Source of the DNA: a virus
Virus record (IMG/VR): IMGVR_UViG_3300028608_000011
Location: 1 to 64,000 of that record
Strand: one strand, 5' to 3'
DNA length: 64,000 bases
Part shown: in pieces, positions 16,162-26,113 of the stretch
Layout of the letters: every line of letters begins with the position of its first letter
How positions within the stretch are numbered: position 1 is the stretch's first letter
Notes under the pieces: generated by a model
Told to the model about the DNA's origin: nothing
Databases searched by the model: none
Seen by the model: only the letters and a program-made list of their open reading frames with translations
Translations under genes and position numbers: made by a program

Positions 16162-16610
16162 GCGATTTTATGCTGAGTTCGCTGTCCGACCTGGACGTCC
16201 GGGTGCGTGACTACATCCTCACCAAGGTCACTCCGGAGATGCTCTTTGGCTACGACTTTGTTGAAGGGTTGGACGTCAGCGTAAACGACGCAGGAGTCCT
16301 GCTGGAGCAGAACGAAGACTTCTGGCTATTTGAGCTGGACGTCAGCCGCACACGGCGAGCTGGCCCCTCTCAGGTGGCTCCACGAAGGGTGACAGGCAGC
16401 CTTGATGTCTCGCTTTTTACCAAATCCCCTCGGGACAAGGTAAAGTACGGGCGCATGGTGGAGGCTGTAGCCGATTGGTTTCAGGACAAGACGGTCAACG
16501 GAATCAGATTCCGAACGTTTACCCCTACCGATCCGGTGCCGTTGCATGGATTCACCGCCTATGGTGGGGTGATCAACATTGAGTTCGAAATTTACGTCCA
16601 AAGGAGTTGA
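16158..16610 (+). CDS. tail terminator (putative)
   Basis: 150 aa immediately before the tail tube gene. Confidence 0.55.
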   Translation: MSDFMLSSLSDLDVRVRDYILTKVTPEMLFGYDFVEGLDVSVNDAGVLLEQNEDFWLFELDVSRTRRAGPSQVAPRRVTGSLDVSLFTKSPRDKVKYGRMVEAVADWFQDKTVNGIRFRTFTPTDPVPLHGFTAYGGVINIEFEIYVQRS

Positions 16611-16615
16611 CGGCT

Positions 16616-17665
16616 ATGCCACAAGTTCGCAGTTTCAACGATAGTTCCTCGGTGTCGGTGGCGTATGCCCTCAGCAACTTGGACAGCAAATCTGACTTCG
16701 TCGGCGCTACCCGCGTACCGATGAAGCTGCTCCCATTCACCACCGAAGGTTTCGCGATGCAGAAAGAGCCGAAAAGCTCGACTGCGATTCGCGGCGACCG
16801 CCGTACCTCCGGCTCGAAAAATACCAAGGGCAGCGCCAACGGTGCGATCACCGTGGAATTCGGCGCGACCAACTGGATTCTCGACCTGCTGCAGGTCGCG
16901 ATGATGAACACCTGGAAGGACGTCGACAACACCGACCCGTTGCAGGGCAAGTTCATCACCGACGGTGAGCTGAAGCAGTACATGGTGGTCGAGAAGACTG
17001 TCCGCCAAGGCACCGCATCGACTGACCGTCTGGATCACGAGTGGTACTTCGGTACGCTGATCAACGACGCGACCCTGCAGTTCGGCGACGGCGAGCTGAT
17101 CACCATGGAATGCAACACCATGTCGGCCAACGCCGATTACGGTAATGCGATCGCAGGTGTAGACGGTCTTGGCGGTTCCGTGGCCAACGCCAAAGCAGTG
17201 CCGGCCAACTACGAGATCGCCGACAGTTCGAACAACCTGGCCAACATCGAGATCCGCAACGCGGATGACGATCTTCTGGAAGTGACCTGGAGCGATGCTT
17301 CGCTGCAGATCCAGAACAACGTCCGCGAGCAGTCGGGGTTGGGCCACGAGTTCGCTGCCGGTATCGGCGTGGGCAAGGTCAACGTGCAGTTCTCTGGCGA
17401 GATCTACTATTTCGACCAGACCGTGCTTGATACGCACATGACCAACAAGCGGGTAAGCCTGAAAGCCACCGTGTCCACGGCTGAAGGCACCTTCACCATC
17501 CAGATGCCGAATCTGATGGCACAGGCGCCGACCAACAACGCCGAAGGCGAGAACGCGGACTACAAGTCTTCGATGACTCTGGTGGCTGAAGCCGGCAAAG
17601 TCACCATCGGCACCAACGTCGATGTTCCTTGCGTTCTGGCAATCAGCTACGTCCCTACCCCGTAA
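16616..17665 (+). CDS. major tail tube protein
   Basis: SD AAGGAG; beta-rich; S..IRGDR and G.I..E motifs; precedes the chaperones and tape measure. Confidence 0.8.
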   Translation: MPQVRSFNDSSSVSVAYALSNLDSKSDFVGATRVPMKLLPFTTEGFAMQKEPKSSTAIRGDRRTSGSKNTKGSANGAITVEFGATNWILDLLQVAMMNTWKDVDNTDPLQGKFITDGELKQYMVVEKTVRQGTASTDRLDHEWYFGTLINDATLQFGDGELITMECNTMSANADYGNAIAGVDGLGGSVANAKAVPANYEIADSSNNLANIEIRNADDDLLEVTWSDASLQIQNNVREQSGLGHEFAAGIGVGKVNVQFSGEIYYFDQTVLDTHMTNKRVSLKATVSTAEGTFTIQMPNLMAQAPTNNAEGENADYKSSMTLVAEAGKVTIGTNVDVPCVLAISYVPTP

Positions 17666-17746
17666 GACCTTGGGTCGTGACTTGCGGCGTTGCTCTTGAT
17701 AGAGTAACGCCGCTAGTTACCGAACATTCCTCCAAGGACGACCCAA

Positions 17747-18187
17747 ATGCTCATTCTCTCTTCTATCGCAGTTGACCCAAAACTGGCTTCCGGCGGCGTC
17801 TGGGCCAATTACCTGGGCGGCGAATTCCTGCTCGCTCGAAAAGGCCCTGGGCACCAGGCACGGCTCGGCGAGCTGTTCACCTCGAACAAAGACGTCATCG
17901 AAACCAAAGATGAAAAAGGTCTGGCGACCCCTGAAGCGGTGGCCAAGCTGCAGGAGATCTACACCATCGCGTTCTGCGAGCACGTCCTCCTCGACTGGCG
18001 CAACGTCGGTGAGAAGGGTAGCGGCGAGATCAAGTACACCCCAGAGATAGGCGTGAAGCTGCTGCTGAACCCCATGTATGCCGAGCTGGCTGCCTGGCTG
18101 GAAAACTACAGCAACAACCACTACTACTACCTGGCTGCCACCAATCATGAAGTGGCATCGACAGTAAAGGATTCTGCCGTTTCCTGA
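17747..18187 (+). CDS. tail assembly chaperone (gpG-like)
   Basis: VLLDWRNV...IKYTPE motif; position between tube and tape measure genes. Confidence 0.75.
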   Translation: MLILSSIAVDPKLASGGVWANYLGGEFLLARKGPGHQARLGELFTSNKDVIETKDEKGLATPEAVAKLQEIYTIAFCEHVLLDWRNVGEKGSGEIKYTPEIGVKLLLNPMYAELAAWLENYSNNHYYYLAATNHEVASTVKDSAVS

Positions 18188-18549
18188 TTCAGTACGGGGA
18201 GAAGGGTATCCGCGCGTTCAAGGCGCTGGAAAAGCGATTCGGTAAGCCACACCCGAAGCTCGCTGAATACAAGGAACCCCTCCCCATGCACCGGTGGCTG
18301 CCAGAGTCCTTCTTCCGCCTGCACCGCAGGCGGCAGTTTGGCGAGCACGGAATGCAGCCGCTGAATTATCAGGAAATGGCCGACTTCGCCGAGCGTGTAT
18401 TGAGGCTGCACCCATCACAGATGGATCTGTTTTACTTGACAATGGAGGAAACAGACAACGCCATCCTGTATGATCAGTTCACCAAGTCCGAGGCCCAACG
18501 AAAAGCCTTGGAAGAAACGAAGCCGAAGCCCCGCTCAAGGAAGAAATAA
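18166..18549 (+). CDS. tail assembly chaperone extension (gpT-like), reached by -1 frameshift
   Basis: the -1 frame is open from 18151 to 18549, overlaps the end of gpG and contains A-AAG at 18166-18169. Confidence 0.65.
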   Translation, partial: KGFCRFLIQYGEKGIRAFKALEKRFGKPHPKLAEYKEPLPMHRWLPESFFRLHRRRQFGEHGMQPLNYQEMADFAERVLRLHPSQMDLFYLTMEETDNAILYDQFTKSEAQRKALEETKPKPRSRKK

Positions 18550-21500
18550 ATGGCTCAGTTTGAAGTGGACTTCTCGGAATCGCTGAGCCAGCTGGCACAG
18601 TTTCAGCTACGTCTGGCGAACATGGGCAAGGCTCTCGACAACCTCGAAGCCAAGTCCGGGAAGTCCACTTCAGCATCGACCAAGCTGTTGTCGACGATGA
18701 ATGCCGAGTACGACAAGCTCGAGAAGATCCTGGTGGACGCCGGGGCCGACGCCGAGAAGCTTGGCAAAACCATGCAGGTGGTTCGCGACAACGTCAACCT
18801 GATGATGTCCGGGCTGGCCGCGAACAACCTCAAAGCCACCGTGCAGGCCAAGGCCTACAACGGAGAGCTGGCGGAGCTGGGCAGGCTGCTCAACGACACC
18901 GCCACCAAAAACACCTACACCGCCTGGCAACAGAAAACCCTGCAGCTGACCAACAAGCTGACGGCGGAGAACGGCTACCTGCGTGCTGCGATCGCAGCGA
19001 CGGATAGTGAGGTCGGCAAGACCAACGCCAACCTCAAGGTGAACCTTGCCCACAAGCAGAATCTGGCCACCGTAGATCAGCGCCTGCGCGTCACCGGTGA
19101 CAAGCTGGTGCTGACCCTCGCCAGCATGTCGAGTGAGCAGGGCAAAGCCAACGTCATGACCGAGGCGTACATCGCCCACCGGCGAAGCCAGATCACCGAA
19201 GAGTTCAAGCTAGATACCCAGCTGCGCCAGCTGCAGAAGACGCTTGCCGGGCTCACCGGCGGCCAGCAGGAAGAGATCACCAAAGTCCAGCAGCTGATCG
19301 CCGCCAGAAAGGCCGAGATCACCGAGGTCGCGCGTGAGGATCTGCAGCTCAAGAAGCTGCAGCAGACACTGAGCAGCCTGAGTGGCGGTCGGCAGGAAGA
19401 GATCGCCAAAGTTCAGGCGCAGATCTCGGCGCGCAAACGCGCGATCACTGAAGCCACGACCGAGAAGAAAGTCGTCGATGAGATGACAGCGGCGCTGAAG
19501 CGCGAAGAGGCTCAGCTGGTCAGACTGCAGGCGCAGGCGCAGCTGTCTTCTACGGCGCACGGCGCGCGAGTGGCTGCGCTCAAGACCCAGATCTCGGAGC
19601 AGGAACGCCACAACAAGCTTCTCGGCATGTCCACCACCAGCCTGCTGGGCTTTGGCGCTGCGCAGTCGCGGGTCAACTTGTCTCAGGAACTCGGCAGCCA
19701 GTCGGCGGCGATGCTGCGCGCCGGCCTCACCGGGCTGCACGCCAGTGTAGGGATGTACACCAGCGCCACCGTCATTGCCGCCACTGCGACCTACGGGATT
19801 GCCGCGGCGATGCGCGACACAGTGGTTACCGGCGCCGAGTTCTACGCGACCATGGCCCGCACCCGCGCGGTGATGTCCACGGGTGACAGCAGCGCTACCT
19901 GGCTGACCAACGCGGCGATGCAGTCCAAGGCGCTGGAGATGCAGGTCAGGGCACTGGGCCAGACCACCGTGTTCACCGCCTCTGAAGTTGGCGATGGTCT
20001 CCAGCAACTGGGTATGGCGGGCCTTTCCGCCAACCAGGCACTGGTTGCACTCAAGCCTTCCCTGCAGCTGGCCAACCTTGCGAACGTGTCGATGGCGCGT
20101 TCGGCCGATATCTCGACCAACGTCCTCATGACCTTCGGCATGCAGGCCAAGGAGCTGCAGAGCGTTGTCGACCTGATGGCGACCGCGGTCAACAACTCCA
20201 ACGCCGACATCGAGCAGCTGGCCAACTCGCTGAGCTACGCAGGCCCGGCGGCGAAGACCGCAGGCTTCTCTATTCAGGACACCACGGCGGCCATCGAGAC
20301 GATGGCGAACTCGGGCATCAAGGGTTCGCGCTCCGGCTCGGCGCTGCGCCGCATGTTCACCAGCTTGCTGAACCCTACCAAGAAGGGTGCCGAGGTCATC
20401 CAGAAATACGGCCTCGACATCCTCGACGCGGAGGGCAACACCCGCTCGCTGACCAACATCATCAATCAGATGAGCAACGCCTTCAAAGATCTGCCCGGGC
20501 CTGAGCGGCTGGCTGCGATCACCAACCTGGTTGGCGTGTACGCTTCCTCCGCGGTAACTGGTCTGGTGGACAACGCGAGCCAGTACAACCAGTTTGCCGA
20601 GCAGAACCAGAACGTGGCCGGCGCCGGCGACCGGATGGAAAAGATCATCTCGGACAACCTCAAGTTCGACTGGAAAGAGATGCTGTCCAGCCTTGAGGAA
20701 GTCCAGCTGCAGGCGTTCAGCTCTCTGGATGGGAAGCTGCGCCTGGCTACCGCGCAGATGTCCAAGTACGTGCTGGACATGATGGAGCCGTACAAGGAAG
20801 GAACCGACATCACCGGCCTGGATCGTCTGTTGGTGCAGGCGCAAACCACGGCTGAAGCGTTTGCCCGTGTCGTAGCTGGCATCGTGGCCTACAAGTTTGC
20901 CAGCGGCAGTGTCTTCGCGGCTTTCTCTGCTGACGCCAAGGGTGCGGCAGAACGGCTGACGCTGGTCTCGGATCGCCTAAAAAGCACCTCGGCGAATTAC
21001 CAGATCATGGGCATGGCCACGAGCGTGGCGCGCACCAACACCGAGATGCTCAACGCCACGATCGGCCGCTCGGTCGGCATAATGGGGGGAGTGACTGCGG
21101 CCTCGGCTACAGCAGCAGCAGGGTTGGCTCGGTTCGCCGCCGCTGCAGGCTTGGTGATGCGCGCGCTGGGCTGGGTAGGCCTGATCTACGGCATCGGCTC
21201 TGCGATCTGGGAGGTGTTCAGCACCAACACAGATGACGAAGTGTTGAAGCACCGGGATTCGGTGGACGACGTCAAGAGCAGCTATGACAAGCTGAAACAG
21301 TCGATTGAAGAGACTGGGCTGGCGCGCCAGCGTGCGGCCCTGAAAGAGCAGATCAAGGCTGATAAGCAGGGGTCTACTGACCTTTCCTCGCAGATCGCCA
21401 AGCAGGTCAACCTGATCAACAACGCGCGCGGTGCTGGCGTCTCCGAGGAGAACCTAGCGCCTCTTGAAAAGCGTCTTGAAAGTCTGCGCGGCCTGGTAGG

Positions 21501-23700
21501 CACCTACGACCAAAAGGTCAAAGATTCCGAAGAGTCGCTGTCCAAGCTCGGCACCACCACAAACGACTACTCGACCGAGGCTGATTACCAAGCGCGGCGG
21601 ATCGAGAAACTGATCGGCCTGACCAATGATCTGACCCTCGCTCAGGCGAAACTCGAGCAGAGCCAGAGCCGCAGCGGCATCGGGTTCAGCAACCTCGCGC
21701 TGGCGCAAAACGTCGGCAGGCTGACGCAGGAAAAAGCGCTGGCACAACGGCAGGTCGAACTCGGCACCGGCCAGCTGCTGCGCACCCAGAGCAACGTCCG
21801 CCCATTCTCCGAGACGATCAGCAGCCTGGAAGATGACGCCAAAAAAGCGGCCGACGCCAAGGTCTACAAAGACGTCACCTCGAATGCCCAACAGTTGCTC
21901 GACGTCGAGAACAAGATCACCGAGGCCAAGGCTGCGCAGGCCAAGCTCATTCAGCAGGACAAGGATGCGATCGCCGCAGGCAATACGGACATGCGCCCTG
22001 GTCTGCAGCTTGCTGAGGTGTCGGTAAGAACCATCGCCAAACTGGAAGCCGACCGAGCCAAAATCCAGGAGAAGGTCACCGACGAAGAAAACAAACTCGT
22101 CGAGGCGCGCCAAGCAGCGGCCGCGGTAACCCGCAGCGATACGGAGAACATGGCGGCGTACCAGAAGCAGGCTGCGGACATCGCCGCGAAGATCAAAGCG
22201 GCGGAGAACCCCGGCGACGGCAAGGCCATGGACGTCAAAGCCGTCACGGAGCTGTACAAGGATCAGGCCAAGGTTCTTGGGCAGATCAAAGGGCTGGAAT
22301 CGAAGAGCACCAAAGCCAGCGACAAGGCTGGCCGCAAGGATGACCGCCAAGCTTCCGAAGACCTGCGCACCTACACCGCGCTGGCCAAAAAATTCGATGA
22401 GGCCAGCTATGCCCAGCTTGAACTGCAGAAGGGCACCGAAGCCATGCAGCGGCTGCGCGCGGCCGGCACCATCACCATGGATCAGGAGAACAAGGCACTT
22501 GGCGAGCTGAACCTGACTCACTACAAGGCCATCCTCGCGCTGGACAAAGAGGCGACGGCGCTGGAGAAACTGCGAGACTCCTACGCCAACTCGCCATTCG
22601 GCGCCGCTGCCAACGATCTGGCTGTCCTGCAAAAAGGCCTGAATGACGGCAAGGTCAGCCTTGAAGAATTCAACCGGATCTACGGCCAGATCCGCAGTAA
22701 ACAGCTGGATCAGGCCACTTCTGGGCTGCCTGAAGCGAACCTGCAGGTTGGTGATGCCTCAAGCTCGCCGTTTACCGACTGGGTATCCACTGAGGTTGAG
22801 CGGGCCAAGGGTCTGGGTGAGTTCGACAAGCGCCAGAAAGAGCTGGAGACCAGCCTTGAAATTCAGCAGGCTGCCAACCAGCGCGAACGCGACATGCAGA
22901 TGGAGCAGCTCAACGCCAAGAAGCTGGCGGCCGAGGCTCACTCCACTGAGATGTTGCGCATCGAGCAGACCTATCAGGATCAGAAGTCGGCTATCGAGCG
23001 TACCGCGGGTGAGCAGCAGGCGGCTGTAGCAGCAAGCCAGGCCAAGTACACCGAGCAGATGGCGACCATGGCGATGATGTCGGCCATGGGCTCGCTGTCC
23101 AACATCCTCGGCACGTTCGCCAGCGCGGCAGAGGATGCCACAGCCGGCCAGAAGGCCGCGTTCATCGCACAGAAGGCGATCGCGATCGCCCAGATCATCA
23201 TGTACACCGAGCTGGCCGCTGCGCAGGCCATGGCGCTGTCGGGTAACCCGATGGTTGTTGGTATCCCTCTGGCTACCTTCATCCGCGCCACCGGTTATGC
23301 CAACGCCGGTTTGGTGGCTGCTCTGGCCATTGGTGAAGTTGCCAGCGGTGGCAAGTCCAGCAGCGGTAGCGGCACCACGATGTATGACACCGGAGGCTAT
23401 ATCCCGTATAACCGAACCGGGATCGTCGGCGAATATGGCCCTGAGCTGGTAACCGGCCCAGCGCACGTTACAGGCCGAGGGAACAGCGCCTCGAAGATCA
23501 ATCAGGCAGGCAGCGGCGGGAACGTCTACCAGATCACCTTGGCCCCGGTAATTTCCGTAGGAATGGATGGCGGTGCAGGCGATTCCAGCAAGGCCAGCCG
23601 AGAGGTTGCGGATACGGTGAAAACCGTAGTCATCCAAGTAATGCAAGAGCAGATCAGGCCTCAAGGGCTGCTGGATAACTGGATCAGATCAAGGGAATAA
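18550..23700 (+). CDS. tape measure protein
   Basis: 1716 aa, Ala/Gln/Leu-rich; TP901-like core (TTVFTASEV, GIKGSRSGSALR); C-terminal YDTGGY...GEYGPELV. Confidence 0.93.
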   Translation: MAQFEVDFSESLSQLAQFQLRLANMGKALDNLEAKSGKSTSASTKLLSTMNAEYDKLEKILVDAGADAEKLGKTMQVVRDNVNLMMSGLAANNLKATVQAKAYNGELAELGRLLNDTATKNTYTAWQQKTLQLTNKLTAENGYLRAAIAATDSEVGKTNANLKVNLAHKQNLATVDQRLRVTGDKLVLTLASMSSEQGKANVMTEAYIAHRRSQITEEFKLDTQLRQLQKTLAGLTGGQQEEITKVQQLIAARKAEITEVAREDLQLKKLQQTLSSLSGGRQEEIAKVQAQISARKRAITEATTEKKVVDEMTAALKREEAQLVRLQAQAQLSSTAHGARVAALKTQISEQERHNKLLGMSTTSLLGFGAAQSRVNLSQELGSQSAAMLRAGLTGLHASVGMYTSATVIAATATYGIAAAMRDTVVTGAEFYATMARTRAVMSTGDSSATWLTNAAMQSKALEMQVRALGQTTVFTASEVGDGLQQLGMAGLSANQALVALKPSLQLANLANVSMARSADISTNVLMTFGMQAKELQSVVDLMATAVNNSNADIEQLANSLSYAGPAAKTAGFSIQDTTAAIETMANSGIKGSRSGSALRRMFTSLLNPTKKGAEVIQKYGLDILDAEGNTRSLTNIINQMSNAFKDLPGPERLAAITNLVGVYASSAVTGLVDNASQYNQFAEQNQNVAGAGDRMEKIISDNLKFDWKEMLSSLEEVQLQAFSSLDGKLRLATAQMSKYVLDMMEPYKEGTDITGLDRLLVQAQTTAEAFARVVAGIVAYKFASGSVFAAFSADAKGAAERLTLVSDRLKSTSANYQIMGMATSVARTNTEMLNATIGRSVGIMGGVTAASATAAAGLARFAAAAGLVMRALGWVGLIYGIGSAIWEVFSTNTDDEVLKHRDSVDDVKSSYDKLKQSIEETGLARQRAALKEQIKADKQGSTDLSSQIAKQVNLINNARGAGVSEENLAPLEKRLESLRGLVGTYDQKVKDSEESLSKLGTTTNDYSTEADYQARRIEKLIGLTNDLTLAQAKLEQSQSRSGIGFSNLALAQNVGRLTQEKALAQRQVELGTGQLLRTQSNVRPFSETISSLEDDAKKAADAKVYKDVTSNAQQLLDVENKITEAKAAQAKLIQQDKDAIAAGNTDMRPGLQLAEVSVRTIAKLEADRAKIQEKVTDEENKLVEARQAAAAVTRSDTENMAAYQKQAADIAAKIKAAENPGDGKAMDVKAVTELYKDQAKVLGQIKGLESKSTKASDKAGRKDDRQASEDLRTYTALAKKFDEASYAQLELQKGTEAMQRLRAAGTITMDQENKALGELNLTHYKAILALDKEATALEKLRDSYANSPFGAAANDLAVLQKGLNDGKVSLEEFNRIYGQIRSKQLDQATSGLPEANLQVGDASSSPFTDWVSTEVERAKGLGEFDKRQKELETSLEIQQAANQRERDMQMEQLNAKKLAAEAHSTEMLRIEQTYQDQKSAIERTAGEQQAAVAASQAKYTEQMATMAMMSAMGSLSNILGTFASAAEDATAGQKAAFIAQKAIAIAQIIMYTELAAAQAMALSGNPMVVGIPLATFIRATGYANAGLVAALAIGEVASGGKSSSGSGTTMYDTGGYIPYNRTGIVGEYGPELVTGPAHVTGRGNSASKINQAGSGGNVYQITLAPVISVGMDGGAGDSSKASREVADTVKTVVIQVMQEQIRPQGLLDNWIRSRE

Positions 23701-23705
23701 TTTTT

Positions 23706-24071
23706 ATGGCAGGGACATTTCCACCGCCAAGTCAGCCAAATTTTCCGGCACCGGACTGGGGCTTTGCCCAGTCACCGGAGGCCAACGTCGACGTCCAAAA
23801 GCTGGGGGACGGATACGAGTCGAGGGAATCAGTCGGGCTGAACTCCATTCGCGAAACTTTCCCTGTCAAATACTCAACGCTGGACAAGGGGGTGGGCCAG
23901 GCGGCCTACGACTACCTCAAGCCAAAACTGAACAAGGAGAGTGTGACTTGGGTACACCCGGTCACCGGCGTGACCTACAAGGTCATACCCGAGTCCCTCA
24001 GCCTGACCTATGACACATGGAACAACGAAGTGCTGGAGATCACCTTCCGCCAAGACTTCAACCCGGGTTAA
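23706..24071 (+). CDS. distal tail protein (lambda gpM-like)
   Basis: KLGDGYESR...GLN...TFRQDF motif. Confidence 0.8.
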   Translation: MAGTFPPPSQPNFPAPDWGFAQSPEANVDVQKLGDGYESRESVGLNSIRETFPVKYSTLDKGVGQAAYDYLKPKLNKESVTWVHPVTGVTYKVIPESLSLTYDTWNNEVLEITFRQDFNPG

Positions 24072-24081
24072 GGACTGACTC

Positions 24082-24789
24082 ATGGAAATGATTGCAACGG
24101 ACGCCCAGCGGCTGGTAAAGGAACCCAAAATCGTTCTCTTCGAGATCGACGCACGGGCCTACGGCGACACAGTGCTGCGCTTCACCCCAGTGGTAGATGG
24201 GAGTAACTGGGATGTGCAGTTCGGGGGCAACATCTATCGCAGGCTGCCCATCACAGCATCCGGCTTTACATGGAATGGCACCGGGACGGCGCCGCGACCT
24301 TCGATCAGCCTGGCTGCGCAGGATCTGGTATTCCTCAGCCTGATCGTAAACGGCGATGACCTTATCGGCTGCCCTGTGCGCCGCATCCGAACCTACCGAA
24401 AATACCTCGACGACGGCGACAGCCCAAACCCTTCTGCGACTTTCCCGATCGACCATTTCGTCATTGAGAAAAAGACCAAACAGGTCAGGAAGCAGCTGTC
24501 GTTTGAACTGTCCACGCCTATCGACCAACAGGGCAGGAAGATTCCTGCTCGACAAGTAATCCGCGATACCTGCCTCAACCGGTTCCGCTACTGGGCCAAT
24601 GGCCGCTGGAACTATGACGGTGTGACCTGCCCATACGCTGGCGCAGCGATGTTCGAACCAAATGGCGATCCGACTTCAGACCCAACTAAAGCAAAGTGCG
24701 GTAAGCGACTGAGCGACTGTGAAAAACATTTCGGTGTTGGCGCTGTGCTACCAATATTTGCCTTCCCCGGTGTCGGGCGGATAAGCTAG
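24082..24789 (+). CDS. tail tip protein (lambda gpL-like)
   Basis: VRRIRTYRKYLD; C-terminal Cys cluster CGKRLSDC; FPG end. Confidence 0.88.
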   Translation: MEMIATDAQRLVKEPKIVLFEIDARAYGDTVLRFTPVVDGSNWDVQFGGNIYRRLPITASGFTWNGTGTAPRPSISLAAQDLVFLSLIVNGDDLIGCPVRRIRTYRKYLDDGDSPNPSATFPIDHFVIEKKTKQVRKQLSFELSTPIDQQGRKIPARQVIRDTCLNRFRYWANGRWNYDGVTCPYAGAAMFEPNGDPTSDPTKAKCGKRLSDCEKHFGVGAVLPIFAFPGVGRIS

Positions 24790-24809
24790 CGCAATCAGGG
24801 AGATTCAGC

Positions 24810-25547
24810 ATGCTTCAGTTCTATCCAGAACATCTCGAACAGATCCGCGCTGAGGCATTGGAAGCCTACCCAGAAGAAGGGGCTTGGCTCATCACCAAGG
24901 CCGGGTGTCGCCGAGTTCCTAACAACGCGGAAGACCCGGAGAATTTCTTCGACATCTCCCAAAGCGAGATCAAGAAAGCCCGAAAAGAAGGGCTTCTTGC
25001 CGTCGTGCATAGCCACACCAACGGCAATGAGTACCCCAGTGAAATGGACATGCAGTACCAGATCAACACGGCAGTGCCGTGGGGGCTTCTGGCCTGTGAC
25101 GGCGTCAACTCGACAGGCATCACCTGGTGGGGCGGGCGCGGCGAAGGCAACACCGAGGATCTGCTCAATCGCACGTTCTGCCACGGGGTTACCGATTGTT
25201 ACGCGCTGGTGCGTGACTACTACGACCAGAAGTTCGATATCCAGCTGCCGGAGATGCCGCGCGAGTGGAAATGGTGGGAGACCAACGAGACGTTCATGCC
25301 TGACGGTCTCGAGCAAACAGGGTTCAGCCGTGTCCGAGATGAGCCGAAGCCCGGCGATATCTGGCTGGCCAGCATCGGTGTGCGCACCGGAGCGATCACC
25401 CATTGCGGAATCCTTCTGGAAGACGGCCTCACCATCCACCACCCGGGCAGCGGCGCCCCGGTCAGCCAGCGCAAGGCTGTGATCGAACCCATCTACCGTT
25501 ACATCAGCATGATTTCAATGTGGGTAAGGCACAAGGATCGAGCATGA
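24810..25547 (+). CDS. tail assembly protein (lambda gpK-like; JAB plus NlpC/P60)
   Basis: YPEE, VHSH, PS..D, DCYALVRDYY, HCGI motifs. Confidence 0.9.
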   Translation: MLQFYPEHLEQIRAEALEAYPEEGAWLITKAGCRRVPNNAEDPENFFDISQSEIKKARKEGLLAVVHSHTNGNEYPSEMDMQYQINTAVPWGLLACDGVNSTGITWWGGRGEGNTEDLLNRTFCHGVTDCYALVRDYYDQKFDIQLPEMPREWKWWETNETFMPDGLEQTGFSRVRDEPKPGDIWLASIGVRTGAITHCGILLEDGLTIHHPGSGAPVSQRKAVIEPIYRYISMISMWVRHKDRA

Positions 25548-26113
25548 AAACCATTTACCTCCATGGATCGGCGGCGCAGTTCGGCGACAAGTTCGAGCTG
25601 GATATCAAGACCCCTCGCGAAGCCCTACACGCGCTTGCTGTGCAGATTGAGGGTTTCCGCAGCATGGTCAGGGACGGGGAGTGGTTCATGTTCCGCGGCC
25701 CTCTCGAGAATGAAGCTGACGACGATGAAGAAAGCATCGATCTAGCCCTCGGCGATGTTGACGAAATCCACCTGATGCCGGCTATCCGCGGCGCGGGCGG
25801 TGGCAACGGAGGCATGTTCTCGATCATCCTGGGGATCGTGGCTATTGTGGCTGCGCCGTTCACCGGTGGTGCCTCTCTTGCGATGTACGCGGCAGGCGCA
25901 GGTCTTATCGTGGGCGGCCTTATCCAGATGACCATGAAGGTGCCTGGCGTCAGCGACACTTCTAACTCCACGGCTGACAGCAAAGCGTCGTTCCTCTTCC
26001 AAGGGCCACGAAATCAATCCACTCAAGGGGTGGCCGTGCCGCGCGGCTATGGCCGCATCCGCACCGGCAGCATCGTGATCAGCGCAGGACTATACGCGGA
26101 GCGTATCCTTTGA
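25544..26113 (+). CDS. tail assembly protein (lambda gpI-like)
   Basis: MKTIYLHG start; QGVAVPRGYG...GSIVISAG. Confidence 0.88.
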   Translation: MKTIYLHGSAAQFGDKFELDIKTPREALHALAVQIEGFRSMVRDGEWFMFRGPLENEADDDEESIDLALGDVDEIHLMPAIRGAGGGNGGMFSIILGIVAIVAAPFTGGASLAMYAAGAGLIVGGLIQMTMKVPGVSDTSNSTADSKASFLFQGPRNQSTQGVAVPRGYGRIRTGSIVISAGLYAERIL

